A stretch of DNA of 64,000 nt from Selaginella moellendorffii (lineage: Eukaryota; Plantae; Lycopodiophyta). How positions within the stretch are numbered: position 1 is the first letter of the stretch; each line of letters starts with the position of its first letter. The DNA is taken from contig NW_003314305.1 in NCBI RefSeq assembly GCF_000143415.4, positions 681,709 through 745,708 on the forward strand, given 5' to 3'. Of this stretch, positions 35,145 to 46,008 are shown piece after piece. Made by a program: the position numbers and the translations under genes. The notes below the pieces were generated by a model. That model worked only from the letters and a program-made list of their open reading frames with translations, was not told the DNA's origin and made no database searches.

Positions 35145-36455
35145 CTGATTAAGTTTGCTTGATGAGGTCCCTGAGCTGCTGGATGAGCTTGGGATTGATC
35201 TGGAACGCCCTCTCGATGACAGCGTCATAAATGGGAGGATTGGATGCAAACACTGCTTTGGCTACCTGGGTGACACCCGGATTCTGGGAGTTGAATCCCG
35301 CAAGAGCAACAGCTGGTGTCTTCCCAACGTTGAGCTGGAAGTGAATGAGACCACGCGGAAATACAAAGAGATCCCCTGGATGCAAAGTTTGAGCGAAGAG
35401 TGTGTTGTTGGTGGTGCTCACGAATCCAACATACAGAGTTCCTTGCTGGAGGAAGAGGAGCTCAGTTCCTCGGGGGTGGACGTGAGGGGGATTGACACCG
35501 TATGGAGCATAATCAATCCTCGCAAAAGAGACTCCAAGAGTGTTGATTCCCGGGAATACGCCAACATTTGCATTGGTGACTATGGATCCGAGCTTGTTGT
35601 TGGTGTTCCCGGGGTTCCGGAGTCCCTGGAACATGAAATCACTGGCCAGAGTTGCCGCAGCAGGCTTGCAAGTGAATCCATTGACGATGGTGTTGCTGTT
35701 TCCGTCGCGGACACAGAAATCCTGGAGGGCATCTTCATCTGAACCATGGACGAAAGCAATGGCACAAATGGCAACTAGACAAATGGCTAACTTGTAAGAC
35801 ATCTTGTATCTTCGCACAGATTTTTTGTTGTGATGCTACTTGATTGATGAAGAATGGAGTGAGGAGAAGTGTGGAGGTCGCTGGAGTTTATATAGGAGTT
35901 ATGAGCACTCCAGATCTGACTTGGTCATTTTACTGAGACAATGGAGAACACGTCAATTTCACTGGTTCAAGGTGACTAAATAATGTTGATCGGGTAGTGG
36001 TCAAGCTGTTATCAAAAGAAATGAAGGTATGCTACATTCAATCCATCAAAAGGAAAGAACCAGGAAGACATGGATCAAGAGTTATTCCTTAACTAAGCCG
36101 TTGGCTTCGTACAAGATGTCGCACCCCACCAGAGATGAATGGGGGGAAATTTTTTGAAAGGCGAGGAAGCAGTACAGCAGCATTCTACTCTCTCTCTCTC
36201 TCTCTCTCCCCCCCCCCGACACACAGAGAACTCTGTTCCCTCTTGCATTCCTGGAGGGAGAACGCGACTATGAGTCAAGATGCTGTACGACTGTGTTGTT
36301 GACGCTTTAACACGCCCTTGTCGAGTAGTGGCTGATCCAGATAATATACATCAAGCTCGAAGAACCTCGATCTGATCATCGTTCCTGAAAGGCATGCTGA
36401 GCTTGAAATCCTCCACCACCTTCCAAGCAGCCATCGCTGGGAACTTGAATCACTG
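35145..36455. repeat. Segmental duplicate of 31645-32955 (germin, promoter and BAHD 5' end)
   Basis: Colinear similarity including the (CT)n tract, ending at gggaacttgaatcact. Confidence 0.88.
35149..35802 (-). CDS. Germin-like protein (cupin), copy 2
   Basis: Protein identical to 31649-32302 from MSYKL, at exactly 3500 bp offset. Confidence 0.96.
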   Translation of the reverse strand: MSYKLAICLVAICAIAFVHGSDEDALQDFCVRDGNSNTIVNGFTCKPAAATLASDFMFQGLRNPGNTNNKLGSIVTNANVGVFPGINTLGVSFARIDYAPYGVNPPHVHPRGTELLFLQQGTLYVGFVSTTNNTLFAQTLHPGDLFVFPRGLIHFQLNVGKTPAVALAGFNSQNPGVTQVAKAVFASNPPIYDAVIERAFQINPKLIQQLRDLIKQT

Positions 36456-36459
36456 TCAT

Positions 36460-36990
36460 AACCTTGCAATCCTCTGAAACTGCCCAAATGTTAGCTCAGA
36501 GTGCGGAAGAAAATCTTGTGATAGATCCGGTTGGAGTGCACAAAGCAGCAGCGTCCGGGCAATCCAGTCGTGTCCGCCACTTCCCAGGAATGATCTTTCG
36601 CTGAGAAAACAAGCGTCGTTCTGGAACCATCTCACAACCATCTTGTTACCATCCACGACGAGGGCGTTGCGGAAGACCATGGTCTCCATCACTGGCGATG
36701 GCGGGAGAGGATACCATCGGTCCTACCTCACCGTCCAATCCGTTCCCCTCTAAGCTGCCACCCACCTCAAAGTTGTCACGAACGACGTGAGCCGACCGGT
36801 CGAGGACACCCTGGATCCATAGCCGCTCGAGGACATAGCGTTGGCGCCGCAGCGCTCCATCGGTTCGTGTGTGCATCGAAGACGCTCACTGATTTCTTGC
36901 CGCCCCATCCGATAGAGCTTACTGCCGAGAGCCTGGCACATGAATCCTGCCGTGCTGTGGAGTGCAGCGGAGGAGGAGGAAGAATCATCC
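36460..36990 (-). pseudogene. Kelch-repeat (F-box/kelch-like) fragment
   Basis: CQALGSKLYRMG and SVSVFDAHTNRWSAAAP are kelch-type motifs in shifted frames. Confidence 0.55.
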
Positions 36991-36999
36991 TGCTTTCTT

Positions 37000-37300
37000 G
37001 GCGCTACTGGCAATGAACGCGATATGCGGCGCCGAGAGCATCGATGCGATGCTAGCGATGCTCCTCGAGGGCCACACACCCAACGAGGCATCGTTCGTGG
37101 CGGTGCTAAGCACTTGCGCGGACGGAGGCCGAGTGAGCGATTCTATCGAGTGTTTGCGTCCAGATCATAGCGTGAGACCCGTCAAGGATCGACTACTACA
37201 GCAGCATTGTGGATGTTCTAGGACGCCGAGGAGCTCACATTCTTCCCATCTCCTGGGCTTCGTTCCTCCCGGCTTGCAAAGTACACGCAACACTTTATGA
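37000..37300 (+). pseudogene. PPR C-terminal (E-domain region) fragment
   Basis: MLLEGHTPNEASFVAVLSTC...VDVLGRRG...WASFLPACKVH. Confidence 0.7.
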
Positions 37301-38839
37301 CGAGGAGGACGTTTCTAGGGTATCCGGGCAGCAGCCGCAAGCGCACAGTCAGCAGCAGCCGCGAGTTCAGCCGCAGCAGCAGGTTGCAGCAGAGGCACTA
37401 CCAAGTCCAGTCATTCAGAAGAAGCGTTGATGATGGCCTCAGATTCCGGCCTCAAATTGCTGAGCAGCTCACTCCTGAACCATGCACAGTTCGTGCAGCT
37501 CTCCAGTCACCAAAAGCAGAAAAATGGAAAGCGGCCATGCAGAATGAGTATAATTCTTTGCAATGCAATGAAGTCTGGGAGCTTGTTCATCTCCCACCAG
37601 GCAGGAAGATTGCCAGCACAAAGTGGATTTTCAAGCGAAATTGGATGCCACTTTGTGACGTGCCATTGAGACATTCTCTCCTGTGGCCAAGATGTCTTCT
37701 ATTAGGATTATTTTACACCTTGCAGCATGCTGGGATTTAGAAATACATCAGCTTGGGGATGGTCCAAAGTTAAGTTGAGCTCACAAGTTGAGTTCAATTC
37801 AGCTCAAGTCAAAAGTAACAATATGATTCCTGAAGTCAATTATTGCTGAACCATAAATCTTATATAAGGAAATATTAAGTCAGAAAAATTGTATTCTTTG
37901 GTTAACTTGAAATTTATGAATTTAAGTATGAATTGTTCAGAGAGATTTCTATCTTTTGAATCTTTTTAATGCAGTTTATACAATTTCTAGAATTAGAAGT
38001 TCGTTTGAACCCATAGAAATTTTTGGGCTTTATTAGTCCCAAATAAAATGGGAATATTGAAGTTCGAATGAACCTAAAATTTCTATTGTACATTTCAACA
38101 TTTTAACATTTCAACAATTGACCAGAAATATATAAATAATTCGAAACACTGATTCACTCGTTCATTCTTTAGGGTTTACAGAGATGGGAAGTAAGAAAGA
38201 CAAAAAATCTGTAAGTAGTTTTAGCATACAGAAATGTGAAAATGTTAATTTTGTTTCACTACCACAATCTCCATATTACACACTTGGTCCTTATTACCTG
38301 TCCGGGAATATTGAGACCACTGTCACTATTGATAAAAATGTTTATGTTACTTCTGAAACAACAATCTAGAGCAAGAGAAAAGAAGAAATAGACAACACAG
38401 CAGAAAGCACTAATAAATCCACTTTATAAACCTTTCAATGGCTTTTGTAATCCACTAAAATATTAAAAAAAAGTAAGTTTTTTATATATATCTTATTCCT
38501 TTTGATATGTTTTGTCTTTGCAAAGATATATGATGTGGACAAATCAAAGAATTAAATCTATATATGAATTTGGGATTGAAAGGTAGTGTGTATTCGCCAT
38601 TATTATATATGGCAGACCAGCTATATAAAATAAGGCTACATATTAATTATATGCTAGTTTTTAGCTTCTAAAACCCTATAGCCACTTGTCTCTCATAGTA
38701 AGTTGTAATTACTAAGACTGACAATTATCATTCAATATAGTGTCATGTCATAATAAAACATCATTCCCGAGATTGAAATATAGTATATTAATCAGAGAAT
38801 TCTTATTGCTGGGAAGTTTAATTCTTCTTGTGTGTTGCA

Positions 38840-39343
38840 ATGGTTAGGGAGAAGTTTACTTTTGGTCCCAGAGGCCTCTCATATGAGTCTCCACCTCCAT
38901 CTCCACTCTCAATCAATAATCCACCTTCACCTCTATGCAACAATCCTCCTTTTCATTTTGAGGGTTGTTGTGAGGCTCTTCTATTTGTGACCTCTAGTGC
39001 AACTGAACAAGAACTCCTTCCGTATGATGTTGTTAAAAGAGTTGAATTGCCTCCAATGCTTCAAGAGCGATGTCAATATTTTCTTCAAGATTTTGCTCCA
39101 GATATGGTAGGGGAGCTTAATATAGATACATATTATCTTCAGTGTCCTATATGCAACTTTTATTTAAACAAGACAGATGGTTGCATGAGTTTGGTAAATT
39201 TTATTGAGCATTGTTGCAAATGCCCAAAAGCGGGTTTGGAAGGTGTGCACGTGTGGATGTATAAGAAAATCAAGAAAGAATTAAAAACACACAGCTATTA
39301 TGATTTCATGATGGAGAATAAACACTGTATCAGTAAGTGCTGA
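38840..39343 (+). CDS. Uncharacterised Pro-rich/Cys-His protein, paralog A (element cargo)
   Basis: Intronless ORF with SYESPP and YYLQCPIC...EHCCKCP...HVWMYKKIKKEL. Clear paralog of 39637-40185. Confidence 0.6.
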   Translation: MVREKFTFGPRGLSYESPPPSPLSINNPPSPLCNNPPFHFEGCCEALLFVTSSATEQELLPYDVVKRVELPPMLQERCQYFLQDFAPDMVGELNIDTYYLQCPICNFYLNKTDGCMSLVNFIEHCCKCPKAGLEGVHVWMYKKIKKELKTHSYYDFMMENKHCISKC

Positions 39344-39636
39344 ATATGGGATATTTAGGCCACCCTTTAATGTAATATGAAAGTCATGCATAGTTTTTTC
39401 AAAAGTTTAATTCTTTATGAGTAAAGTGGAGAATTTTATATTTTCGAGAATGATATTATTCTAACATGTATAAAGATATTATTATATATACAAGTGGTTC
39501 TGACACTGTTATAATTCTGAAGTCTATTTTAAGACTGACAATTTAAACTTTAAAGAACCCCTAGATCTTTTCTTAGTATAAATACTGACAAGGGATGCTT
39601 TTAACATTGAAATTTCAGTTTGTTTAGAGTGTAGGA

Positions 39637-40185
39637 ATGGCTAGGGAAAATGCTATTGCTACTCGCACTTGGCCCCCATGCATTTCATATGAGTCTCCAC
39701 CTTCATCTTCAACTTCTACCAACATTCCACCCTTCCCTCCACACAACAATTGTTGTGAGGTTTTTTCTTTTGTAGCCCCAAGTGTGACTGAACAAGAGAT
39801 CCCTCTTCCAAATAATGTTCTAGATGTTGTTACTAAAGATGGATTGCCTCATGTGCTTCAAGAGCGATGCCAGATGTTTCTTCAAAATCTTGCTCCCGAT
39901 ATGGTTGAAACTTTTGAAAGAATGAACACATATTATCTCCAGTGTCTCATCTACTACTTTTATTTAGATAAAACGGAAGGCTGTATGGGTCTAGAAACTT
40001 TTCTAGAACACTGTCATAACTGCCCAAGAATTGGTTTGGAAGGTGTGCATAAATTGATGTATAAAAAAATCAAAAAAGAGTTAAGAACACACAATCATTA
40101 TCATTTCATGGTGAGGAACAATATTCCGTTAGTAAATCTTACATCCACAAGTGTTGAATATGGTATTTTTAGGCCATCCTACTGA
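39637..40185 (+). CDS. Uncharacterised Pro-rich/Cys-His protein, paralog B (element cargo)
   Basis: SYESPP and YYLQCLIY...EHCHNCP...HKLMYKKIKKEL. Confidence 0.6.
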   Translation: MARENAIATRTWPPCISYESPPSSSTSTNIPPFPPHNNCCEVFSFVAPSVTEQEIPLPNNVLDVVTKDGLPHVLQERCQMFLQNLAPDMVETFERMNTYYLQCLIYYFYLDKTEGCMGLETFLEHCHNCPRIGLEGVHKLMYKKIKKELRTHNHYHFMVRNNIPLVNLTSTSVEYGIFRPSY

Positions 40186-40484
40186 AAATTCCAGCCACTA
40201 ATAATTCTTACACTATGATATTATCCATCTCCGCCCCCCCCCCCCCCCCCTCTCGCCTTTTTTTTATTAACAAAATTGTATTACCTATAGATAATAAACT
40301 GATAATACTAGTAATTATGAAATTTGAAAGACTGACACTGTAACTTTGTCATCTCTGACACTGACACTGTCTTTGTCACTGACACTATCACTGTCACTAT
40401 CTGCTGCACTGACACTGTCAGTGTCACAATCATTATCACATTGACATGTGACACATCTTTCTCATTGCAACTGAAGATGTTGGC

Positions 40485-41381
40485 ATGGATCTTGGAGCAA
40501 AAAGCTCTCACAAGCCTGATGTTGAGTATCATTCTGCTCCAAGACATCGCCCCCGAATTGAGCCACCTCAAGTGGCTGATGAAGAAAGTGCATCACAGCA
40601 TGTTGAAATTGCTTATCGTAGCGTGGAGCCGAAGCAATGGGCAATCCATCAAGTGGCAGCAAAATCAAATGTAAGGTGTGTGGGGATGCTTCTGAGGGGC
40701 AAGTGTTGGGCTTGGATTTGTGGTGATAAATTTGCTTTTGTTCTAGCCCCATGTTTCCATGGGGAACGAAAGCAAACAGGATTTTCAAGATGGTGTTGGT
40801 TATATTGCTGCAACACTGATGTCAACCATACAAAGTGGCTTGAAGACACTATAGTGACTAAACCTGATGCAATACCTAAAGAATGGCCAGTTGTTAATGG
40901 GGTTGTGCTCACCTCGGATAAGATTGAAAACCTTGAGAAATCTGGTTTCAATCTTGAAAAGAGAGTTGGAGACATAAGTGATAAAACTAGGACTGTTCCT
41001 ACAAAGATGCATAGGAGGCCAGCGAGAAAAGATAAGGCAGTTAAATTTATTGGTACCATCTCCAAGCAGAAGAAAGGTAAAATAAACTTGGCTCAAACAC
41101 TTGAGTGTGAGATTCTCTCCACAGAGTACATCACTGTGCTTGCAAAGGAGTACATAGTCAAAATAGAAGGTGGAAAGTACACAATTGCTATTCAAGACTT
41201 TCCTTCTTGCACATGTCCAGACTTTACGAAGCGTGAGGAATATGGGAAGGCATATGCTCCTTGCAAGCATATGTACTACATTTTCATCAATAACTTGCAC
41301 CAGGATCCTAAAGTGGATATTCATATACACCAAGCAAGCCTTACTATTGCCGAGTTGCAGAAATTTTTTGGAGCTAATTAG
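40485..41381 (+). CDS. SWIM zinc-finger protein (transposase C-terminal-like, no DDE core seen)
   Basis: YTIAIQDFPSCTCPDF...PCKHMYYI fits the CxC-xn-CxH SWIM motif; additional Cys cluster N-terminally. Confidence 0.75.
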   Translation: MDLGAKSSHKPDVEYHSAPRHRPRIEPPQVADEESASQHVEIAYRSVEPKQWAIHQVAAKSNVRCVGMLLRGKCWAWICGDKFAFVLAPCFHGERKQTGFSRWCWLYCCNTDVNHTKWLEDTIVTKPDAIPKEWPVVNGVVLTSDKIENLEKSGFNLEKRVGDISDKTRTVPTKMHRRPARKDKAVKFIGTISKQKKGKINLAQTLECEILSTEYITVLAKEYIVKIEGGKYTIAIQDFPSCTCPDFTKREEYGKAYAPCKHMYYIFINNLHQDPKVDIHIHQASLTIAELQKFFGAN

Positions 41382-42343
41382 ATTTTCTAGCACTATCGAT
41401 GTTTATTCTCTATCAATAATATAAACTAATTATACCTTATATAATTAATAAAAATATTTTATTATTTCACTTTTCATTTCATATACTTGTGAGGGTTCTT
41501 TTCGCAATACTACCCATAGTATTCGTCAGTTTCCATTTTGTCTTTACCATCTCAAAAAATATTTCATAGTAGTCTTTTGGGTGCGTGATGTTGCAATGTA
41601 TTGTGAGAGCATATGTACCATCATAGTTGTTTTTTTTTCCTTTCAAATGGTTATATATCCTTATATATAATCTTAATTCAAATTTAATAATTTTAAAATT
41701 CTGACGAACCTGACATTTACTAGTTAGAAAGCACAGAGTACAAATTTAAAGAAGTGACAAGAATACTCTTTTTGCAAACATTTTATTTTATATTCTAACA
41801 AACATCTCTATCATTGCATGTAGTAAATATTTAAATTATTAAAACAGGAAGTGTCCTTTAGAACATTTTTATCTATATAATATATAGAGAGTTATGAAAT
41901 TATTAAGTTCGCCATAACTTTAAAATTTTAAAGTTTATAATGTTTGTACTAAATTACAATTGAAAATTGAGCTCAACTCTTCAACTCGTGAGCTGAAGTA
42001 TGGTCCACGCTCATCAGCTTGATATCAAGATGGCCTTTCTTTGTATAGAGTGGTGGTTATGGGAAACCGGTATCATAGCAAATAACAATCTCATGGGCAA
42101 CAAGACCACACAAGCGAGCAGTAAGGCTATGCAACTCTAGATTGCCTGCTTGACTGCAGCAGAAGAAGTGGAAGAGCAAACTTCATGTTGTGGAGAAATC
42201 CATCCAACATGACCACTTGTAAAGCACTGCCTATTTCTTTTCACCCAGACAGACTTTGAGAACTGGGTCAAGGAAATCTGCTTCATCTTTCTCTGTAACA
42301 ATTGTATGTGAACTGTGGGTGGAAAGAAGCAAAACTAGCCACT

Positions 42344-42544
42344 GGTGACAGAATAGGAAGAGTGGCAGATCCAAAACGACAAGGCAGTCTCCTCTATGAG
42401 GATTGGCTTGGGCAAATTAAGGATACAAACTTCATATGGTGAGTGGTAGTTAGGGGAAACTAGAGTGTGGTGGTGCAATTTGCCCAAGCCAATCCTCATA
42501 GAAAAGACTGCCTGGATCTGCCACTCTTCTTGTTCTGTGTCACC
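42344..42544. repeat. Inverted repeat / fold-back hairpin (~70-nt arms, ~58-nt loop)
   Basis: 42344-42418 is the reverse complement of 42477-42544 apart from a 9-nt bulge, a 2-nt indel and ~4 mismatches. Confidence 0.9.
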
Positions 42545-42895
42545 TTGACACGAACAAAGAGCAGTATGGATTGACACTGCTCATGGCAAACAAGCTGCCA
42601 CGGCTAGAACAAGGTACCTTCTAGCTCCGATCCAAAGAAAGCTTGGGAGAATAGCTTCCTTGATAAACCATGAATAAGAAAGAAACCACGAACTTCACTA
42701 CCTCTCCAAATGGACACTGCCTGCCTCATTGGAAGGTGGTGAGCCTCCTTGGCCACCTTGCGGAATGTGATATTTGCCATGACCTTTGCCATGACCGGGC
42801 TTTAAATATTAACTGAAGAAATCCTTGAAGACTTTTAAAAAAGACTAGGATGGATCTAATTCATTTTCCAGTGTGATTGAAGCTTTTGTTAATGT

Positions 42896-43855
42896 TCAGC
42901 TTATGACAACATCAGCGTTCTTGCTTGCAACGCGCATAGCTAGGAGGGGGTTGGCAGAATCTGCATTCTTGTTCTTCCTTGCAGCCCGCATAGATTGGAG
43001 CAAGGGATTGGACAGGTTGCACTCTGATGACAAGAAGTCCAAAAGCTTATCTTCATCTTCGCTTAGAAGCGTTGTGGTGCTCTCGATCAACAGCTTCCAG
43101 CAGGTGTCCACATTCCTGAGCTCGACCCCGTGAAGAAGTAACGCACAAGCCCCAATGAACTTGATCCGTGCACCACATTCTTGCACCAAGCTTCCCCCGA
43201 CCATAAGCTTGAGAAACATCTCCAAGAAGCAGACAAGGCAGTCTGGCGGTACCTGGCCCCGTGCACACGCATCGTGCAGCTCCTTGAATATTCTATCAGC
43301 ATCACTAGCCAGTTCAAAGGCAATGTTCTTGAAGCCCCGCAGCGAGACGGTCATAAACCAGGTGCCAAACTCTAAAACTGATCTCCACTTGCTCTCAGAT
43401 ACCAAGCTTCTCCAATGCTGGCGCATCCTCATCTCTGCTTGTGTTGTGGCTTGCAACTGGCCGTAGTCTGAAATGCTGGTGTAGAGATAACTGAGCTTCT
43501 TTTTACACTCAGGTGTGCATTGCCATGCCTCCAATGCCGTCCTAAACTCTATCATCTCAGCTTGGGGGAAGAAAGCCTTGGGAGGGCGTAGCTCTGGGAG
43601 AGGCTTCACTTCCATATCTTGCCTGTTCAGCCGCCGCTCTAGCACGCTTCCCTTTTGCAATCTATTCCCTACCACCTTTCTAATCTCATGCATAGATATC
43701 CCCTCCCAGGAGCCATACGCCAGCACATCCAGCGATTGCTGGATTTGGATGGAATCCCCCTTGTTCTTCTTCAGCGCCTCCAAAGCTTCCTTAGCCATCA
43801 TCAGGTCTGATCCTTTAGGGTTTGGAGCATGTTCTATTTTTATTTCTGACTTGGT
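42896..43855 (-). CDS. Uncharacterised ~300-aa helical protein
   Basis: Long ORF with protein-like composition and a short C-terminal repeat (SNPLLQSMRAARKN / ANPLLAMRVASKN). No motif recognised; start uncertain. Confidence 0.45.
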   Translation of the reverse strand, partial: TKSEIKIEHAPNPKGSDLMMAKEALEALKKNKGDSIQIQQSLDVLAYGSWEGISMHEIRKVVGNRLQKGSVLERRLNRQDMEVKPLPELRPPKAFFPQAEMIEFRTALEAWQCTPECKKKLSYLYTSISDYGQLQATTQAEMRMRQHWRSLVSESKWRSVLEFGTWFMTVSLRGFKNIAFELASDADRIFKELHDACARGQVPPDCLVCFLEMFLKLMVGGSLVQECGARIKFIGACALLLHGVELRNVDTCWKLLIESTTTLLSEDEDKLLDFLSSECNLSNPLLQSMRAARKNKNADSANPLLAMRVASKNADVVIS

Positions 43856-45570
43856 CATTTTAAAGTTAAGTTTATAAAAGAACAAGCTGATTGCAAGGCC
43901 TGGCCATCCACGCCACCTACGGCCCTCCATAGCCACGCTCGTGGAATGCGCGCGAGGCGATAGCTGGTGCCACATTGCTTCATTCGTTGGTGTGTGGATC
44001 AAACACACTCACCTCCTTGGACAACAGTCCCTCCTCCTCGCTTCTCCATCCTCCAATAACGTAGAGCTTACGTTTAACTGAATCCAAGAGCTTCTAATAT
44101 AGTTCCTAAATCTAACTGTAAAGCTGTAATTATCGTGGGAAAAGAAAACTCGCCCTGGAAGCATTTCAACTTCAAGAGTTGCCTGAGATCAGGCACCTGA
44201 GACTGTGGAATGTTCTTATCACCACCTGTGTTTTGCCTGTTGTTCCCTGGAGTTGATACTTAGGCTCTTCACGAGGTAACGGCTTTCGATGTTGGCTACC
44301 TAGTCCATGGCCATGAATCTCTGTTGCTGCTAGACGACCACTCTTCCAGACTCAAGATGCGACCCACCAGGAAGTAAAGAAAGCAAACGAAATGTCCAGG
44401 GCTAAATCCGAGTAAGAAGCAAAGCATCGCCTTCTTGGTTTCGTCCGTGTCCATAGTACGAGCACCCAAAGAGCCTGAAAAGACACTCACATACCACACT
44501 GCCCTTTCTCTGCATGGTTCATGTGTCTTCGTCTGCCCGAAAGTCCAATTGAATAAACAAACACATAAGGTCGGTTGTCATTGCAGTGAAGGCGAAGAGC
44601 TTCTCTTTACGTTCCAGCGGCCTTTTTAAGGAGCAGGCCCGAAATCCAGAGCTACTCTTCTTCTCTCGCTCATTGGCTTGCACAGTTTTTATGGAGAGTG
44701 TTCTGTTTTTTTACTTTCTCCTTTTTTTTTTCTCCCAGTTAAGGAAGCACGCGATAGCTCCTACAGCTTACCGGGGAGATCGAGATCTCGTGCTGAGTTT
44801 TTGTTTTAGGGGTAAGTTTGCGAGCTCTGGAGAATTCGCAAGCTTCTCCCAAAAACTGGCTGTCCAAGTTTCTAACATCCAATACGCCTCTGAAGCATCC
44901 GTTGATCCACACCCAGAAATGATAATCTTTACTCGAAGCGAAGTTCCCACTCGCCAGCTCCTTGTATGTATACTTTTAAGCCAAGCCTTGCAATGCCTGT
45001 CAAGAGCACGACCAAGCCAACCGAATGCTCTGCGACCACCCTGACGAGAGTGGAGAGATCTGACCCTGTCCAGACACCGGAGGTTCGGCGGCGTTGAACT
45101 CCCGCAGGCCACCCGCGGATATGACTTGCAGTCAATCCCAACGATTAGCCTGTCCATTTCCTGTAAAAATAGTCACGGATTTAAATCGGCACTTGAAATA
45201 AGGCATCGCCCTTACTTCGTTGATATCTTGAGCCTTCGGCTATTGTATCCAGGCCTTGATCCTAGACAATAGTAAAGGGCTGTAAGTATCTTCTATTCCA
45301 AAGACAGCTGTTTAGTTTTAGCCCGGATGCTTGGAATCGTTGCTTTCAAATACAATAGATAAAGACTGCTTCATGAAAGCAAGTTGTATGCCTTAGAAAA
45401 GCAAAAGCTATACACATTCCAGATACCAAAAGCAGATACTCTACATAGAGTGGATTGCCACTTTTTAGTTTAATCAGTTTCCCTTTTTCTTGAGCTCTAT
45501 CTATATGTTGAGATCTTTCAGTTGTGGCATTCAACAAAGAATACATATTAATTATATAAACATGCATGAT

Positions 45571-45780
45571 TTAACCTGGTACAGTTACCTCTTCTTGTCT
45601 TTCCACGTAGCGCATGCGAACGTACACACCGAAAGTTACTGTGGCAAACACAAAGATTGCAAACGAGCACGCTGCAAAGAAGATGATCCAAGATGGAGTG
45701 ACTTGAACTGTTGAAGTTGTGTCACCAAGAACGAGATCGCTTAGCTGCTGGAGTAGTGTCTTTGAGGTGGCAACCCGGTG
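45571..45780 (-). pseudogene. Orphan membrane-protein C-terminal fragment (inverted)
   Basis: ATSKTLLQQL...WIIFFAACSFAIFVF...YVRMRYVER. Confidence 0.85.
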
Positions 45781-45918
45781 GCAACAGTTGCAGCAGCACA
45801 TCGGAGCTTCTACGTGCTGTGCCGATTGTCCATTTTTCCCTCCCAAGAACCAAACCCGATTTTGGCGCCAAAAAGAAAAGGCCATGTGTTCTAGGTCTAG
45901 GTTGCGGCTCAGCGGCGG

Positions 45919-46008
45919 GGCGATTCCAAGCAAGTCTCTCGCCAGTGGAATCAACAGGTGCGTGGCGATTCCAAGCAAGTCTCTCGCCAATGGAATCAAC
46001 AGGTGCGT
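45919..46008 (+). repeat. 45-bp tandem repeat x2
   Basis: ggcgattccaagcaagtctctcgcca(g/a)tggaatcaacaggtgcgt occurs twice. Confidence 0.9.

Larger units (their letters stand above)
37755..42011 (+). mobile_element. ~4.26-kb TIR DNA element, probably Mutator-like (non-autonomous), with cargo ORFs
   Basis: Flanked by direct repeat CATCAGCTT (37746-37754 and 42012-42020; 8-9-bp TSD). Imperfect TIRs with TTGAG(C/T)TC subterminal motifs, AT-rich interior and a SWIM-finger ORF. Confidence 0.82.
37450..42050 (+). mobile_element. Ty1/Copia pol (RT) remnant split by a DNA-transposon insertion
   Basis: EPCTVRAAL...WKAAMQNEYNSL...WELV...KWIFK, ETFSPVAKMSSIRIIL...DLEIHQL [insertion] HQLDIKMAFL. Confidence 0.88.

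Noticed and set aside
21093-35802. Functional defence/ROS gene cluster (catalase, phosphatase, germins, BAHD)
   Set aside because: BAHD and the extra catalase copies are pseudogenes. Gene density and duplication explain the co-location, and there is no evidence of co-regulation.
42346-42366. miR156 family member
   Set aside because: Only the first 8 nt match the miR156 sequence.
45919-46008. Direct repeats as a possible CRISPR array
   Set aside because: Only two adjacent units with no spacers, in a plant genome; this is a simple 45-bp tandem duplication.
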